This document shows, piece by piece, positions 1-10,366 of a stretch of 64,000 nt of DNA. Numbering within the stretch: the stretch's first letter is position 1; each line of letters starts with the position of its first letter. The stretch lies in assembly GCA_965218695.1 (NCBI GenBank), contig OZ244651.1, positions 1,024,001 through 1,088,000 on the forward strand, in the 5' to 3' direction. The stretch is from Nitrosopumilus sp. Its GTDB lineage: Archaea > Thermoproteota > Nitrososphaeria > Nitrososphaerales > Nitrosopumilaceae. Position numbers and translations under genes: made by a program. A model generated the notes under the pieces. That model was not told where the DNA came from, did not search any database, and saw only the letters and a list, made by a program, of their open reading frames with translations.

Positions 1-1012
1 CCTCAAACCCTACCTCCCGGGCGCCTGTGATTCTCTTGTACAGCAGCAGCAGTATCGACTTGGGACTGCCAAACCTCAGCCATCTCTGTGCAGTCATGAC
101 GTTGCCAAGAGACTTTGATATCTTTTTTCCGCCCTTGTCCAGAAACATCTCATACTTTACGTGGTGGGGGTGGGGGAACCCAAGAATCTCCTGCGCAACC
201 CAGTCGTTTACCATCACAGAATCCATGATGTCCTTTCCATACGCCTCAAACCTGATGTCAAATGCGGCCCACCTGGCGGCAAACTCCACCTTCCATGCAA
301 GCTTGCCAGGGTCCCTTGTGATGTCTGCCTCCCCGCTGTGGCCGCAGCCGCCTACCTTCCTTGAGCCAATCTCCACGTCATGGCACCTGTATCTCACCCT
401 CCTCTCATCGGGGATGTAGTCTGTGGATTCTGCAGTGTATATTCGGCCGCAGTTTGCGCATACCGGAAAGTACGGCAGGTACCTCTTGTACTTGTCCTGC
501 CCGACCATGCTTGAGATCCTCTCCCCGATTCTTGTGCCGCTCATGAGGATTGTGTGTATCTGGTCCTTTAGCAGTCCCTGCCTGTACGTGTCAACTGCCC
601 TCCTGAACTCGTACCTTATGCCGATCTTGTCCAGCCCGTCCAGCAGTATGCTGCTCATGTGCATGCCGTATGAATCGTGGCATCCAAACGGATCCGGGAT
701 TGAGGATACGGGCTTTGCCAGGTGCTCCTCGAGTGATTCTGGAAGCCCCTCCGGGATCTTTCTGAGCCCGTCCATGTCATCAGAGTACGCCACAAGCTCT
801 GACCTGTAGCCCATGTCCTCCAGGGCCATCTTGACTCCATACGCCCTGGCCGCATCCCCGAGGCTGCCAATATGTGGCACTCCGGATGCGCCAAGGCCGC
901 TCTCCACCCTTAGCATGTCCAGACTTCTGCCAAGGGAGGTCTCGCGCTCGATCATCTCTGAGGCCAGCTTGTCAATCCATGTCCCCCTTCCGATTATCCC
1001 CTGTCCTGGCAT
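1..1012 (-). CDS. lysS: Lysyl-tRNA synthetase class I (5' part, runs off the window)
   Basis: Manual translation from ATG at 1012: MPGQGIIGRGTWIDKLA...ESGLGASGVPHIGSLGD...SDDMDGLRKIP. HIGH-like motif and class I LysRS N-terminus. Confidence 0.93.
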   Translation of the reverse strand, partial: MPGQGIIGRGTWIDKLASEMIERETSLGRSLDMLRVESGLGASGVPHIGSLGDAARAYGVKMALEDMGYRSELVAYSDDMDGLRKIPEGLPESLEEHLAKPVSSIPDPFGCHDSYGMHMSSILLDGLDKIGIRYEFRRAVDTYRQGLLKDQIHTILMSGTRIGERISSMVGQDKYKRYLPYFPVCANCGRIYTAESTDYIPDERRVRYRCHDVEIGSRKVGGCGHSGEADITRDPGKLAWKVEFAARWAAFDIRFEAYGKDIMDSVMVNDWVAQEILGFPHPHHVKYEMFLDKGGKKISKSLGNVMTAQRWLRFGSPKSILLLLYKRITGAREVGFE

Positions 1013-1016
1013 AGTA

Positions 1017-2603
1017 TCACCTGTCCAATCCCTTGGCCATGTATGGCCCATATAACGAGTACCCCATCTTTTTGTAGTACTCCCTTGTGCCCACTGCGCT
1101 TATAACCAAAAGCCTTCCTGCATCAAACTCCTCTTTTGCGATCCTTTCGGCCTCTGCCATCAGGCCCTTCCCCAGTCCCGAGTGCTGTATCTGGCCCTTC
1201 TCCCTCTTGCCAATTCCCAGTGACCGTCCATAGATGTGCAGCTCCCTTACGATGCACGAGTCTGCACCGACTTCCTCCCTGTGGGCATTCTGGCTCGGAC
1301 TCCTAAGCCTCAAAAATCCGTATATGGACTCGTCTGTTCCCTCGTATGAGATAAAGACCTCGCGTCCTCCCGAGGAGTCATAGTCAATCCTGTTCAGCGC
1401 CATCTCGTCTGCATGCGGCATTCTGGACAGGCCCGCTTCCCTGCATCTTATGCACCTGCATGAAAGGCCCTGTCTGGCCAGGTTCTGATGGACCATCTGC
1501 CTCAGGTTGCCTGACTTTGGCCCTGCAACTATCTGGCTTGATGGAATCTCCCTCTGAATGCGCATGATTCTGACCCACTTTGGCACGCTCTTCTTTACCT
1601 CCGTCAGAACCCTGATCATGTCCTCATCCGAGTACGGGGAGTACCGTCCCTGCACGTACTCCTCATAGAGCGGCGTGTCCCTGATTACCAGCGCCGGATA
1701 AATCTTTAGCATGTCAGGGCGCAGCTGCGGATTCGAAAACAGCCTTTGAAAATCCTCAATGTCCCCGTCCGGACTCATAGTGGGCAGTCCGGGCATCATG
1801 TGTGCTGCAATCTTGTATCCTGCATCCTTTGAGATCTGAAACGACTCTATCACGTCGTTGTAGTCATGGCCCCTGTTTACAATCCTGTAGACGCGCTCCT
1901 GAAGTGACTGGACGCCGATCTCTATCCTCGTAACCCCGTATCTGAGCATCCAGTCTACGTGCTCTTTTTTGCAATAGTCCGGCTTTGTCTCGATTGTAAA
2001 TCCCACATTTCTGATTGCCGCACGTTCGTTGTTTGATTTTGCCTCGTTCAGGCTGCCCGAGTCAGTTCCGTTCAGCGCGTCATAGCACGACTTTATGAAA
2101 TTCTCCTGATACTCTGCTGGCATAAACAGAAAGGTTCCCCCCACAATCACAATCTCCATCTTTGACGGGTCGTGTCCAAATGCCACCAGCTTGTCAATCT
2201 TTGATGCTATCTGCAACCTTGGATCATATCCGTTTTCAATGGCATTGAGGGTGGCAGGCTCGCTTCCGGTGTAGCTGTTTGGGGAGTTGTACTTGGTGCC
2301 GCCAGGGCAGTACGTGCATCTTCCGTGGGGGCATGCATACGGCTTTGGCATCAGTGCCACCACTGACACCCCCGATGCCGTCTTTGCAGGCTTTTTTAGC
2401 AGGACCCTTCTGAGCATCTCAAAATCCGCCCCTTTGGCTTTTGAGAGAATCTCATGGTTTCTGGGGATCCTTTCAAGCTCGTATTTGGCGCAGATCCTCT
2501 TGATCTCCTGCCTTACATGCTTTTTATCCGGATTGTCAATCACAAGCAGATTCTGGGTAATCTCGCTGCACGCCTTGGAGAACGTCGAATTCAGACTGCC
2601 CAT
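1017..2603 (-). CDS. elp3: Elongator protein 3 (radical SAM + GNAT tRNA U34 acetyltransferase)
   Basis: CPHGRCTYCP radical SAM motif, ETKPD, RELHIYG and QHSGLGK GNAT motif. Start taken at MGSLN (ORF track starts at 2627). Confidence 0.95.
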   Translation of the reverse strand: MGSLNSTFSKACSEITQNLLVIDNPDKKHVRQEIKRICAKYELERIPRNHEILSKAKGADFEMLRRVLLKKPAKTASGVSVVALMPKPYACPHGRCTYCPGGTKYNSPNSYTGSEPATLNAIENGYDPRLQIASKIDKLVAFGHDPSKMEIVIVGGTFLFMPAEYQENFIKSCYDALNGTDSGSLNEAKSNNERAAIRNVGFTIETKPDYCKKEHVDWMLRYGVTRIEIGVQSLQERVYRIVNRGHDYNDVIESFQISKDAGYKIAAHMMPGLPTMSPDGDIEDFQRLFSNPQLRPDMLKIYPALVIRDTPLYEEYVQGRYSPYSDEDMIRVLTEVKKSVPKWVRIMRIQREIPSSQIVAGPKSGNLRQMVHQNLARQGLSCRCIRCREAGLSRMPHADEMALNRIDYDSSGGREVFISYEGTDESIYGFLRLRSPSQNAHREEVGADSCIVRELHIYGRSLGIGKREKGQIQHSGLGKGLMAEAERIAKEEFDAGRLLVISAVGTREYYKKMGYSLYGPYMAKGLDR

Positions 2604-2706
2604 GAACATCCATGCCTGCCTGTACATAAATTCGTTAAACGAATCGCATGCTGGTGTCGCATCCTCGACGACATCGACGCCTGGCGGTTGTCAGAAACCG
2701 GCCTGC

Positions 2707-3954
2707 CTATTCTGCCTCGTGCGTTGCCTGCAGTCCTGACGAACCGCCATCCTTTTTTTGCTCTTTTCTGTATTCTATCTTCAGCCAGATCGGCGTAATG
2801 ATGGTTGTCACTGCCACCATGATTACTATCGTGGAGTAGACCTCCGAGGTCAGGATTCCGGCGGTGACTCCGATTCCTGCAACAATGAGGCCCACCTCTC
2901 CTCTGGATATCATCCCGATTCCTACCCGCATTCCCTGCGCCTTGCTCTTGAGGAAGAACATTGCAGGAAGGCCGCATCCGAACAGTTTTGTGACAACTGC
3001 CACCAATATTATGACCCCGCTTAGCATGAGAATGTTCAGATCCACTGCTCTCAGGTCGACTGCCGCCCCAATAATTGCAAAGAACAACGGCGCAAATATC
3101 AGACCGATCTTGTTGATAAACTCCTCCACCTTGTGAAATACCTTGGTGGTTGATAGCGCCATCCCGATTGCAAACGCACCTACAATCGGTGAGAGCCCAA
3201 TCGCTCCTGCAAGGGCTGCGGCTCCAAAGAATGCAGCAGTCGCTATCCCCTCTATGCTTCCCTTTGCCTTCCACATCCTTGAATTGACGACCCTTGGCAT
3301 TATGATTATGGAGGCGACTAGGATGACTGCAAAGAATCCCAACACCTCAAAGATGGTAAATACAACCTCCTCAATCTGGATGTTGTCTATTCCTGCACCG
3401 CTGCCGGCGACTGACGTTACCACTGAGAGCACCGCAATTGCCAGGATGTCATCGATCACTGCGGCCCCGATGATCAGCCTTGCCTCGCGTGTCTTGAGCT
3501 TACCAAACTCGTTTAGGACCTGGATTGAGATTGCAATGCTTGTCGCAGTAAGCGCCGTGGCAATAAGCATCGTCTGCAGGGCGTCAAACCCAAACGCCTG
3601 AAAGACCGCCATGCCGGCAAAGAACGGCACGACCACCCCCAGCGTTCCGACAGTAAACGATGCCTTTCCTCCCCTGATAAACTCCTTTGGAGTCATCTCA
3701 AGTCCTGCCATAAACAGGATTACGATGGCACCAATCTCCCCGAGAATCCTGATCTCCTCGTTTATCTGGATCAGCTGAGTGCCGTCAATAACCAACACGG
3801 ACCCAAGCGCAAACGGCCCTATGATCATCCCTGCCAAGAGCTCCCCTAGCACGATTGGAAGATTTAGCCTGAGGAAGAGCTCGGCCATCAGTTTTGCCGC
3901 TGCAAGGAGTATGCCTACCTCGATAATCGTCTGGATAAAATGCCCTTCTGCCAT
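2707..3954 (-). CDS. Cation/proton antiporter (CPA2, NapA/KefB-like)
   Basis: Many TM helices; ATSIAIS, AVIDDI and RGEVGLI motifs. Confidence 0.9.
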   Translation of the reverse strand: MAEGHFIQTIIEVGILLAAAKLMAELFLRLNLPIVLGELLAGMIIGPFALGSVLVIDGTQLIQINEEIRILGEIGAIVILFMAGLEMTPKEFIRGGKASFTVGTLGVVVPFFAGMAVFQAFGFDALQTMLIATALTATSIAISIQVLNEFGKLKTREARLIIGAAVIDDILAIAVLSVVTSVAGSGAGIDNIQIEEVVFTIFEVLGFFAVILVASIIIMPRVVNSRMWKAKGSIEGIATAAFFGAAALAGAIGLSPIVGAFAIGMALSTTKVFHKVEEFINKIGLIFAPLFFAIIGAAVDLRAVDLNILMLSGVIILVAVVTKLFGCGLPAMFFLKSKAQGMRVGIGMISRGEVGLIVAGIGVTAGILTSEVYSTIVIMVAVTTIITPIWLKIEYRKEQKKDGGSSGLQATHEAE

Positions 3955-4153
3955 GTTTGTTTCAACATGACTATGACCTGATTATATACTATTATATCCA
4001 TTTGACCGAGTGCAAGCCCGACCCGGAACGGGCCATGGCGCAGCAGACGGCCTGATTTCTGGAGAAATTCCCGTTTACGCCATGACTGCATGCCAAATCC
4101 CTTCGTGGCTTGAATGGATCACGGCATCCCCACGGCACAAATCATGACACGAG

Positions 4154-4534
4154 TCAGCCCTCGGCATTTCTTCGGGTGAGTTCGGCAATATACTCCTCAT
4201 ACTCTGCCATCTCCTGCTTGAATGAACCGTATACCCACCTATCGGGATCCTCAAGACAGCCAAGACTGCTCATCTCCCCTTCAATCATCATGATTCTTGC
4301 CTGAAGTTCCTGCAGTCTTGGTGCGTCGGCAGGATCGTCTGGCTGCAGGTTGTCGCCTGCCACTTCGACTAGTATGTCGGCACTCTGGCGTACCAGGCTT
4401 CGGCAGCTGTCCACAACCTGGGAATCCAATGGCGCAGAGCGGCTCTGCTGCATATCCAGATACGCGTAAAGCGTTATGGTCAGTATGGCCAGCGCCGCCA
4501 CCCCGGACACAACCATCCTGCCGAGCCTATCCAT
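4154..4534 (-). CDS. Hypothetical protein with N-terminal membrane anchor
   Basis: 126-aa ORF with hydrophobic N-terminal helix and two Cys; co-oriented with upstream genes. Confidence 0.65.
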   Translation of the reverse strand: MDRLGRMVVSGVAALAILTITLYAYLDMQQSRSAPLDSQVVDSCRSLVRQSADILVEVAGDNLQPDDPADAPRLQELQARIMMIEGEMSSLGCLEDPDRWVYGSFKQEMAEYEEYIAELTRRNAEG

Positions 4535-4537
4535 GCG

Positions 4538-4912
4538 TCATGCGACCTTTTGAACCTTCCAGTCCGCACCAACCCAGACTCCTACGATCTGTATGTCATG
4601 CCCCCAGGATTCTGCAATGGACACGCCCTCCTTGATCTGGGCAATGTGCTCCTCGTCAGATACAGGATTGCCTGCACAGTCATGGTGGCCAGAGATGACT
4701 ATCAGTCTTGACTTGTGCGCATTGATTGAGATCTCGGCCTTTCTCATTATGGATTCCAGGTTTTGATGATGCGATATCACCCTGTCTACGCCGGGCTCGG
4801 TGATTGTATCGACAAAGTCCACCGGATAATTTTCCTTGATCCAGTGCGTGATTGGCAGCTGGATGCGTCCGTCCATGCAGCTGATCGACGTTGCAAATCT
4901 TCCTTCAGCCAT
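4538..4912 (-). CDS. Small beta-class carbonic anhydrase-like protein
   Basis: SCMDGR ... HHDCAG zinc-ligand motifs. Confidence 0.8.
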   Translation of the reverse strand: MAEGRFATSISCMDGRIQLPITHWIKENYPVDFVDTITEPGVDRVISHHQNLESIMRKAEISINAHKSRLIVISGHHDCAGNPVSDEEHIAQIKEGVSIAESWGHDIQIVGVWVGADWKVQKVA

Positions 4913-4940
4913 GCATGATGCAGGCCGCCCGCTAATAAAA

Positions 4941-5495
4941 TCATTTTTGATACATAAAGCAGCCCTCAGTATGGTCATTTACCATGCCTGTTGCCTGCAT
5001 CATGGCATAGCATATTGTGGGTCCCACAAAAGTGAATCCGCGTCTCCTGAGATCCCAGCTTAGCTTCTCTGATGTTTCCGTGTATGCCGGAATGTCTGAG
5101 GGTTTTTTGAATCCGTTTAGTATTGGTTTGTGCTTGACAAACCCCCACAGGTACCTGTCAAAAGAACCAAACTCGGACTGCACCTTGAGAAACTGCCGGG
5201 CATTGTTGATGGCAGAAGTGATTTTAAGCCTGTTCCTGATTATGGACTTGTCCTGAAGCAGCCTTTGGATGTCTTTTTGGGTGTACCCTGAGACAGATGG
5301 CGCATCAAAGTCAGAAAATGCCGTCCTGTAGCCCTCCCGGCGTTTGAGAATTGTGACCCATGACAGACCTGCCTGTGCACCCTCCAATACGAGAAACTCA
5401 AACAGCTTTTGATCGTCATGCTGTGGTATCCCCCATTCGGTATCGTGGTATGTCGTGTTTGGTTCCTCGCATGCCCAGCTGCACCTGCTTACCAT
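4941..5495 (-). CDS. tag: DNA-3-methyladenine glycosylase I
   Basis: RCSW, YHDTEWG, LEGAQAGLSW, FVGPTICY, GMVNDH motifs. Confidence 0.95.
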   Translation of the reverse strand: MVSRCSWACEEPNTTYHDTEWGIPQHDDQKLFEFLVLEGAQAGLSWVTILKRREGYRTAFSDFDAPSVSGYTQKDIQRLLQDKSIIRNRLKITSAINNARQFLKVQSEFGSFDRYLWGFVKHKPILNGFKKPSDIPAYTETSEKLSWDLRRRGFTFVGPTICYAMMQATGMVNDHTEGCFMYQK

Positions 5496-5688
5496 GATGG
5501 ATTCTGGCACCCGTACGGGATATTAGTTACACCATGGTTTGATGGCGGCCAGAAAGGGGCACGTTATCCACGTGATGGGACTGCAGTTTGAGATCCTTGG
5601 TGATTTCGTTTTTCGTCTTATGCTTGAACCGTCTCGTATACTCTTCGATGACCAGGACGGGAAACGGGGCGTACTCCACATCAAGGTA

Positions 5689-6938
5689 TACCAAGAGTAA
5701 AAAATTCATGTGATTATTAAATAATTTCAACTCATATGGTAATGTGATCATCCCACGTGATCCAGTCAATGAAGACCAAGACGATGTTGAAAAGATACGC
5801 CACTGAGACCGATTGCAAGATCAAGGATCGCATGATGCTCATCATCAGGGTCCAGCGTGACAGAATAACCATAAGGGATTCTGCAAAATCCCTTGGCAAG
5901 TCGCCCTCGTGGGGCTACAAGTGGCATGAGCGCTACCTGGAAGTGGGATTTGACCGACTGGAGGACATGCCACGCTCCGGCAGGCCGACCAAGGCGGGCA
6001 AGGCAGACATGAAGAAGATCAGAAAGAATGCATGCAAGAAGACTGTATGGACGGGCAGGGAGATGCAGGAATACATCCTGCAGAGAACCGGCGTAAAGTA
6101 CGATCTCGGATACGTGCGCAAGTTGCTGCGTGGATGGGGCTATTCCCAGAAGGTTCCCGTGGGAAGGCACGCAAGCAGGGCCTCTGACGAGGAGATCAGG
6201 GAATTCCAAAAGTCAATGCCGGAGATTATAAAAAAAGAACAGTGAAGGGGCAGTCGTGGCGATACAGGACGAGTCCATAGTGATCTCCGATGCGCGGCCG
6301 CGGAGGCGTGGCTACACCAGGAAGGGAATGCGGGCGCTTTACACGTACACGGGCTCGCACTCCAAGACTGTACTCCACGGCCTGATCACCACAGACGGCA
6401 GGGGGATGTTCCGACAGTACGACAGGTTCAACCGGCACACCTTTGCGGATTTTTTGAGGCAGGCAGTATACAAATTCAAGAAGATCTGCCTGATCATGGA
6501 CAAGGCCTCCCAGCACAGGGCGACAAAGATACGCGAGCTGGTTGAGAAGACAGACGGCCTGGAGATAGTCTTCCTGCCCACGGCATCCCCGGACCTGAGC
6601 GCCATAGAGACGTACTGGAGGGATCTTAAGCGGGCAGTCCTTGACGTGCCGTACACCAGCCTGCGCATGCTCCGGGAGGCCATCACCAGGTACACGCGGT
6701 ATACGAAGCCGAACCTGGCAGTTGAAAACTTCCTGTACAGGGCCATCTAAGACAGCATCAAATTACGCCGGAGGCACGTCTAGCGTGTGCCATGCACGGT
6801 GCTTCAATTGTCCAGGATACCGGACGTTTGGGGTGTCTTTTCCCATCATTTGAGTATCACATACGCCATGATTTTCAGATGCAGCTGCCGCATCAATCAT
6901 TTATGGGCAATTTTGATATGAATTTTTAATTCTTGGTA
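5689..6938 (+). mobile_element. IS630-family insertion sequence
   Basis: Terminal IRs TACCAAGAGTAAAAAATTCAT / ATGAATTTTTAATTCTTGGTA, TA duplicated on both sides, internal transposase. Confidence 0.92.
5769..6750 (+). CDS. IS630 transposase in two frames (HTH ORF 5769-6245, DDE ORF to 6750), joined at an A7 tract
   Basis: DMPRSGRP HTH motif; QDES, MDKASQH and SPDLSAIE DDE motifs; A7 at 6230-6236. Confidence 0.88.
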
Positions 6939-7075
6939 TAGTACCTGATTATGGTATCGTCAGGCAGTGCTTTCAGGTATTTTATGATGAATTTTTCTGA
7001 CTTTATCTCCATGACAACGGTTCATCGTGTGCGCTTAAAGATTAGAGATCACAGATGCTGCAAAACGGGGGTTGC

Positions 7076-7438
7076 CTAGCCAAGATTCTTGTAATAGAGA
7101 CTTATGACCTTGTCTACTACCGTGTTTGTGTCACAGTCCTTTTCGGTGCTTACGAGAAGCAGGCGGTCATCTCCCAGATAGAACGAAAAGCGCTTGATCT
7201 TGTCATACTCGGTCATGGCGTATTTTGTTTTGCCAAGCCATTTTGACCTGTCTTTGCGGGCCTTCCAATCGAGGGTGGAGAGGTTGACCAGCTCGTTTTC
7301 TGCGCGCTCCGAAAGCAGGTTTTCCACGCCGTCCCTTATGCCGCCCCCCAGACGAACAGCCCACTCGTCATATACGGTGGCAAACCGAATCTTGGGTTCG
7401 GCATCCAGAATTTGCAAGCAGAACTTCTCGTAATCCAA
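7076..7438 (-). CDS. Conserved thaumarchaeal protein (DUF6659 / roadblock-like)
   Basis: MDYEKFC...KIRFATVYD...LGKTKYAMTEYDKIKRFSF pattern, typical of this expanded family. Confidence 0.75.
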   Translation of the reverse strand: MDYEKFCLQILDAEPKIRFATVYDEWAVRLGGGIRDGVENLLSERAENELVNLSTLDWKARKDRSKWLGKTKYAMTEYDKIKRFSFYLGDDRLLLVSTEKDCDTNTVVDKVISLYYKNLG

Positions 7439-7486
7439 TGAGAGTGTTACATACAGGGGGTATTAGAGTTTTAAAATTTGGATAAA

Positions 7487-7561
7487 CGGACCCGACCGGA
7501 TTTGAACCGGCGACCTAACGCTCCGCAAGCGTTCGCACTATCCAAGCTATGCAACGAGTCC
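7487..7561 (-). tRNA. tRNA-Arg(GCG), intronless
   Basis: Reverse complement GGACTCGTTGCATAGCTTGGATAGTGCG-AACGC-TTGCGGA-GCGTT-AGGTCGCCGGTTCAAATCCGGTCGGGTCCG folds as a cloverleaf with anticodon GCG. Confidence 0.96.
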
Positions 7562-7596
7562 GAATTGTGTGCATGGTTTGTGTTTAATTTGGATTG

Positions 7597-8427
7597 CTAT
7601 TGCCGAGTGCGCGCAAACACGTATGGCGTGTCGTCTGGCTCGTCAAATGTCCATGCCGTGGGCAGGGAGACAGTCCGGATCAACTCAAGGCCATTTTCCT
7701 CAATGAATGTGCCCCATCCGGCCCCGTTTTTGGGATCCTGACGGTACTTTTGGGAGTACGTCCCTGCAAACACCCATCCTGCATCCCCACAACCAGACAC
7801 ACTCCTCATCACCCCGGCGGCGAGCTCACCTCCGCCCATCTGTGCAAGTCCGCCAATAAAGAATGCGGGCCTCTTCAGATCCAGTGCCGAGTAGTCAAAG
7901 GATGCAGCATCCGAGCAGAATGGATGAAAGTCCAGTATGTCCGAGAGGCTGTTCTGTATTCCGACTAGCATCTCATCGAGATCTATGCTGTAGGATTCCA
8001 TGCCTGCAACCCTGCCGCAGAATGCTATCCTGCCATCCCCGGATCCGACATCAACCATCTGGCCGTAGCCAAGCTCCCTTACAAACAGCGAGCCTACATA
8101 TGCAGACATTATCCATGTCGGAGAGAATGGTGCGCAGCTGGAGTCGTGCTGAATGCTGTTGAGCCAGTACCTGTTGATGTCCCCCTCGTAGACAGTGCAC
8201 GGGGTACTGTCCCCGACTGTCTTTTCAAACGAGTTGTAATAGATTGGATTGCTCCCGGCGAATCGGTGCAGTAATTTCAGATCATGGCTGCTTATTGGAA
8301 ACCGCTCGGATCTTGATGTCGGGATGACCTCCTGGATGTGGCCTGTCCCATCATACTCCTCTGCAAACTCCCTTTTTAGAACTGCAAGGTTCTTTGCAAG
8401 GTGTTCAACCAGACAATCCCTTCTCAT
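7597..8427 (-). CDS. Putative SAM-dependent methyltransferase
   Basis: VDVGSGDGR motif I; acidic residue after strand 2 (SIDLD). Confidence 0.7.
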   Translation of the reverse strand: MRRDCLVEHLAKNLAVLKREFAEEYDGTGHIQEVIPTSRSERFPISSHDLKLLHRFAGSNPIYYNSFEKTVGDSTPCTVYEGDINRYWLNSIQHDSSCAPFSPTWIMSAYVGSLFVRELGYGQMVDVGSGDGRIAFCGRVAGMESYSIDLDEMLVGIQNSLSDILDFHPFCSDAASFDYSALDLKRPAFFIGGLAQMGGGELAAGVMRSVSGCGDAGWVFAGTYSQKYRQDPKNGAGWGTFIEENGLELIRTVSLPTAWTFDEPDDTPYVFARTRQ

Positions 8428-8822
8428 ACTGTCCTACAAACTCCCGGGTGCTCATCATTTGACGCAGATTCTCGTATGCTGCGGACATGTCAGTATCATT
8501 TCCCGTATCCTGAGACTGAAGGTTCTTGGTGGATTCGGTGATCAGGTCGGCAAGGTTTGCCTGAATTCTGGGATGGATGTCAGAATTGAACCTCTCAGAA
8601 ATTACTGACTCGGCATGAGTAATCCTGTCCAGCAGCTGCTTGTGCTTGACCGGGTCAAGCTGCTGCCTGAGCATGAGGGCCATCGAGGACACGTTGATGA
8701 CCTGATAATAGATCTCCACAATCTCAGAAACGGGCAGGTCTGTGACTGTTGCATTGCTGATCAGGCCTTTGAGCTTGTCCGACTCTGTATGAAACATTCT
8801 GGAGACATCTTCATGATTCATG
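8405..8822 (-). CDS. Hypothetical helical protein
   Basis: Protein-like ORF in a run of minus-strand genes; start uncertain (track gives 8893). Confidence 0.65.
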
Positions 8823-8864
8823 CTGTCCGACTTCCAAAAATTGTTAAAAACGTTGGCATCCGGA

Positions 8865-9569
8865 CTATGCTTCCTTTTCTGCCGGCTTGACAAAGACGTA
8901 GTTCATTATCAGACCCGCTATGATTCCGCCTAGGATTGGCGCTGCCCAGTACAGCCAGTGAAATTCCCAGAATCCTGAGATCAGTGCAGGACCAAACGTC
9001 CTTGCAGGGTTTACCGACGCGCCAGTCAGTGGAACTGCAATCAGGTGAATAAGGAACACCATTCCGCCTATGGTGATCCCGTGCAGACCAGGCGATGCCT
9101 TCTTGTGTACTGCGCTCATAAAGATCACAGTTACCAGGAAGAATGTCAGTATCGCCTCGACTGCAAATCCGGATGCGACGCTGCCGTTGATCAGTTCGCT
9201 TGGACCGCCCTGCGTTCCAAAGTTGACCTTGGCGCCAAGTTCCGGCAGGATTGCCATGAGTGTGGCCGCTGCGGCTACTGCGCCAATCAGCTGTGAGGCG
9301 ATGTAGCCGATTCCATCGGCAATCCCGATTTGCCTGGTAATCATCATGGGTATTGTAACTGCAGGATTGATGTGTGCCCCAGATACGTGTCCAAACGCAT
9401 AGATCATCAGGGCAATGGCTCCCCCGTGTCCAAGGGATATGAACAGTACAGACTGCGTAGTTAGCTCCTCGCCAAAGGATGCAATTGCAAGTATGACTGA
9501 AAGCGGGCCAAAGAACACCAGCCCGTAAGTTGAGATTGCTTCTGCAAGATAGGCCCTTGGATTAACCAT
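8865..9569 (-). CDS. Aquaporin (MIP family)
   Basis: Two NPA boxes (SGAHINPAVT, SVNPARTFGP) and 6 TM helices. Confidence 0.96.
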   Translation of the reverse strand: MVNPRAYLAEAISTYGLVFFGPLSVILAIASFGEELTTQSVLFISLGHGGAIALMIYAFGHVSGAHINPAVTIPMMITRQIGIADGIGYIASQLIGAVAAAATLMAILPELGAKVNFGTQGGPSELINGSVASGFAVEAILTFFLVTVIFMSAVHKKASPGLHGITIGGMVFLIHLIAVPLTGASVNPARTFGPALISGFWEFHWLYWAAPILGGIIAGLIMNYVFVKPAEKEA

Positions 9570-9763
9570 CAGAATGTAACCACTTCAAGTTTCCATATAA
9601 AAGATTCGAATAATATGGGATGCCCATATTTTTGGCCCGAATCGCCACAGGGGTGGCGTTCATGGGTGCCTGGCACGGATTCAAATGGGTGGCAGGATGC
9701 ATTTTGCATAAGACACAGCAGACCATCAAAAGGTAATTATTTGTGAGGCCGGCGCCCTACCAC

Positions 9764-10228
9764 ATGGTTTCTCAAGGAGACACGGTTCCTGAATTTGAGC
9801 TGAATGATGCAGACGGCAACACCGTCAAATCTACAGATTTGAACGGAAGAAAGCATGTAATCTACTTTTATCCAAAGGACTTTACTCCCGGGTGTACGAC
9901 CCAGGCCGACGAGTTTTCAAGAGATTATGAACTGTTCCGAAAAGAGGGAATTGACATAATTGGAATCAGCCCAGATGACACAAGATCCCACAAAAAATTC
10001 TGTGACAAGATGGGAATCAGGTATACGCTCCTGTCAGATGCTGAAAAGGAGGTTTCAACCAGGTTTGGCGTATGGGGAAAGAAGAAGTTCATGGGCAGGG
10101 AGTACATGGGTGTGCTGAGAAGCACGTTCCTTGTAAATGATGATGGAAAAATCTTTAAGATTTATTCAAAAGTAAAGCCTGCCGGCCATTCAAAATTGGT
10201 ACTAGAGGATTTTCTAAGTCAGAAATAA
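9764..10228 (+). CDS. bcp: Peroxiredoxin Bcp/PrxQ
   Basis: YFYPKDFTPGCT peroxidatic motif; RSTFL. Confidence 0.93.
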   Translation: MVSQGDTVPEFELNDADGNTVKSTDLNGRKHVIYFYPKDFTPGCTTQADEFSRDYELFRKEGIDIIGISPDDTRSHKKFCDKMGIRYTLLSDAEKEVSTRFGVWGKKKFMGREYMGVLRSTFLVNDDGKIFKIYSKVKPAGHSKLVLEDFLSQK

Positions 10229-10366
10229 TGCGATTCCCGATAATTATGAAAAACTGCCAGACGCATGGGGCATGCAGGCTGTAGCCCAAAGTAACACAAA
10301 ATAATTTCCGAACGCAGGCATTGAATGTTTTGCTTGAATAAATAAATAAAAGAGATGGTAGATGGT

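Larger units (their letters stand above)
5527..7012 (-). pseudogene. Small hypothetical gene interrupted by IS630 (5' part 6939-7012, 3' part 5527-5688)
   Basis: Removing 5689-6938 and one TA restores a 77-aa frame: MEIKSEKFIIKYLKALPDDTIIRYY/LDVEYAPFPVLVIEEYTRRFKHK... Confidence 0.8.
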
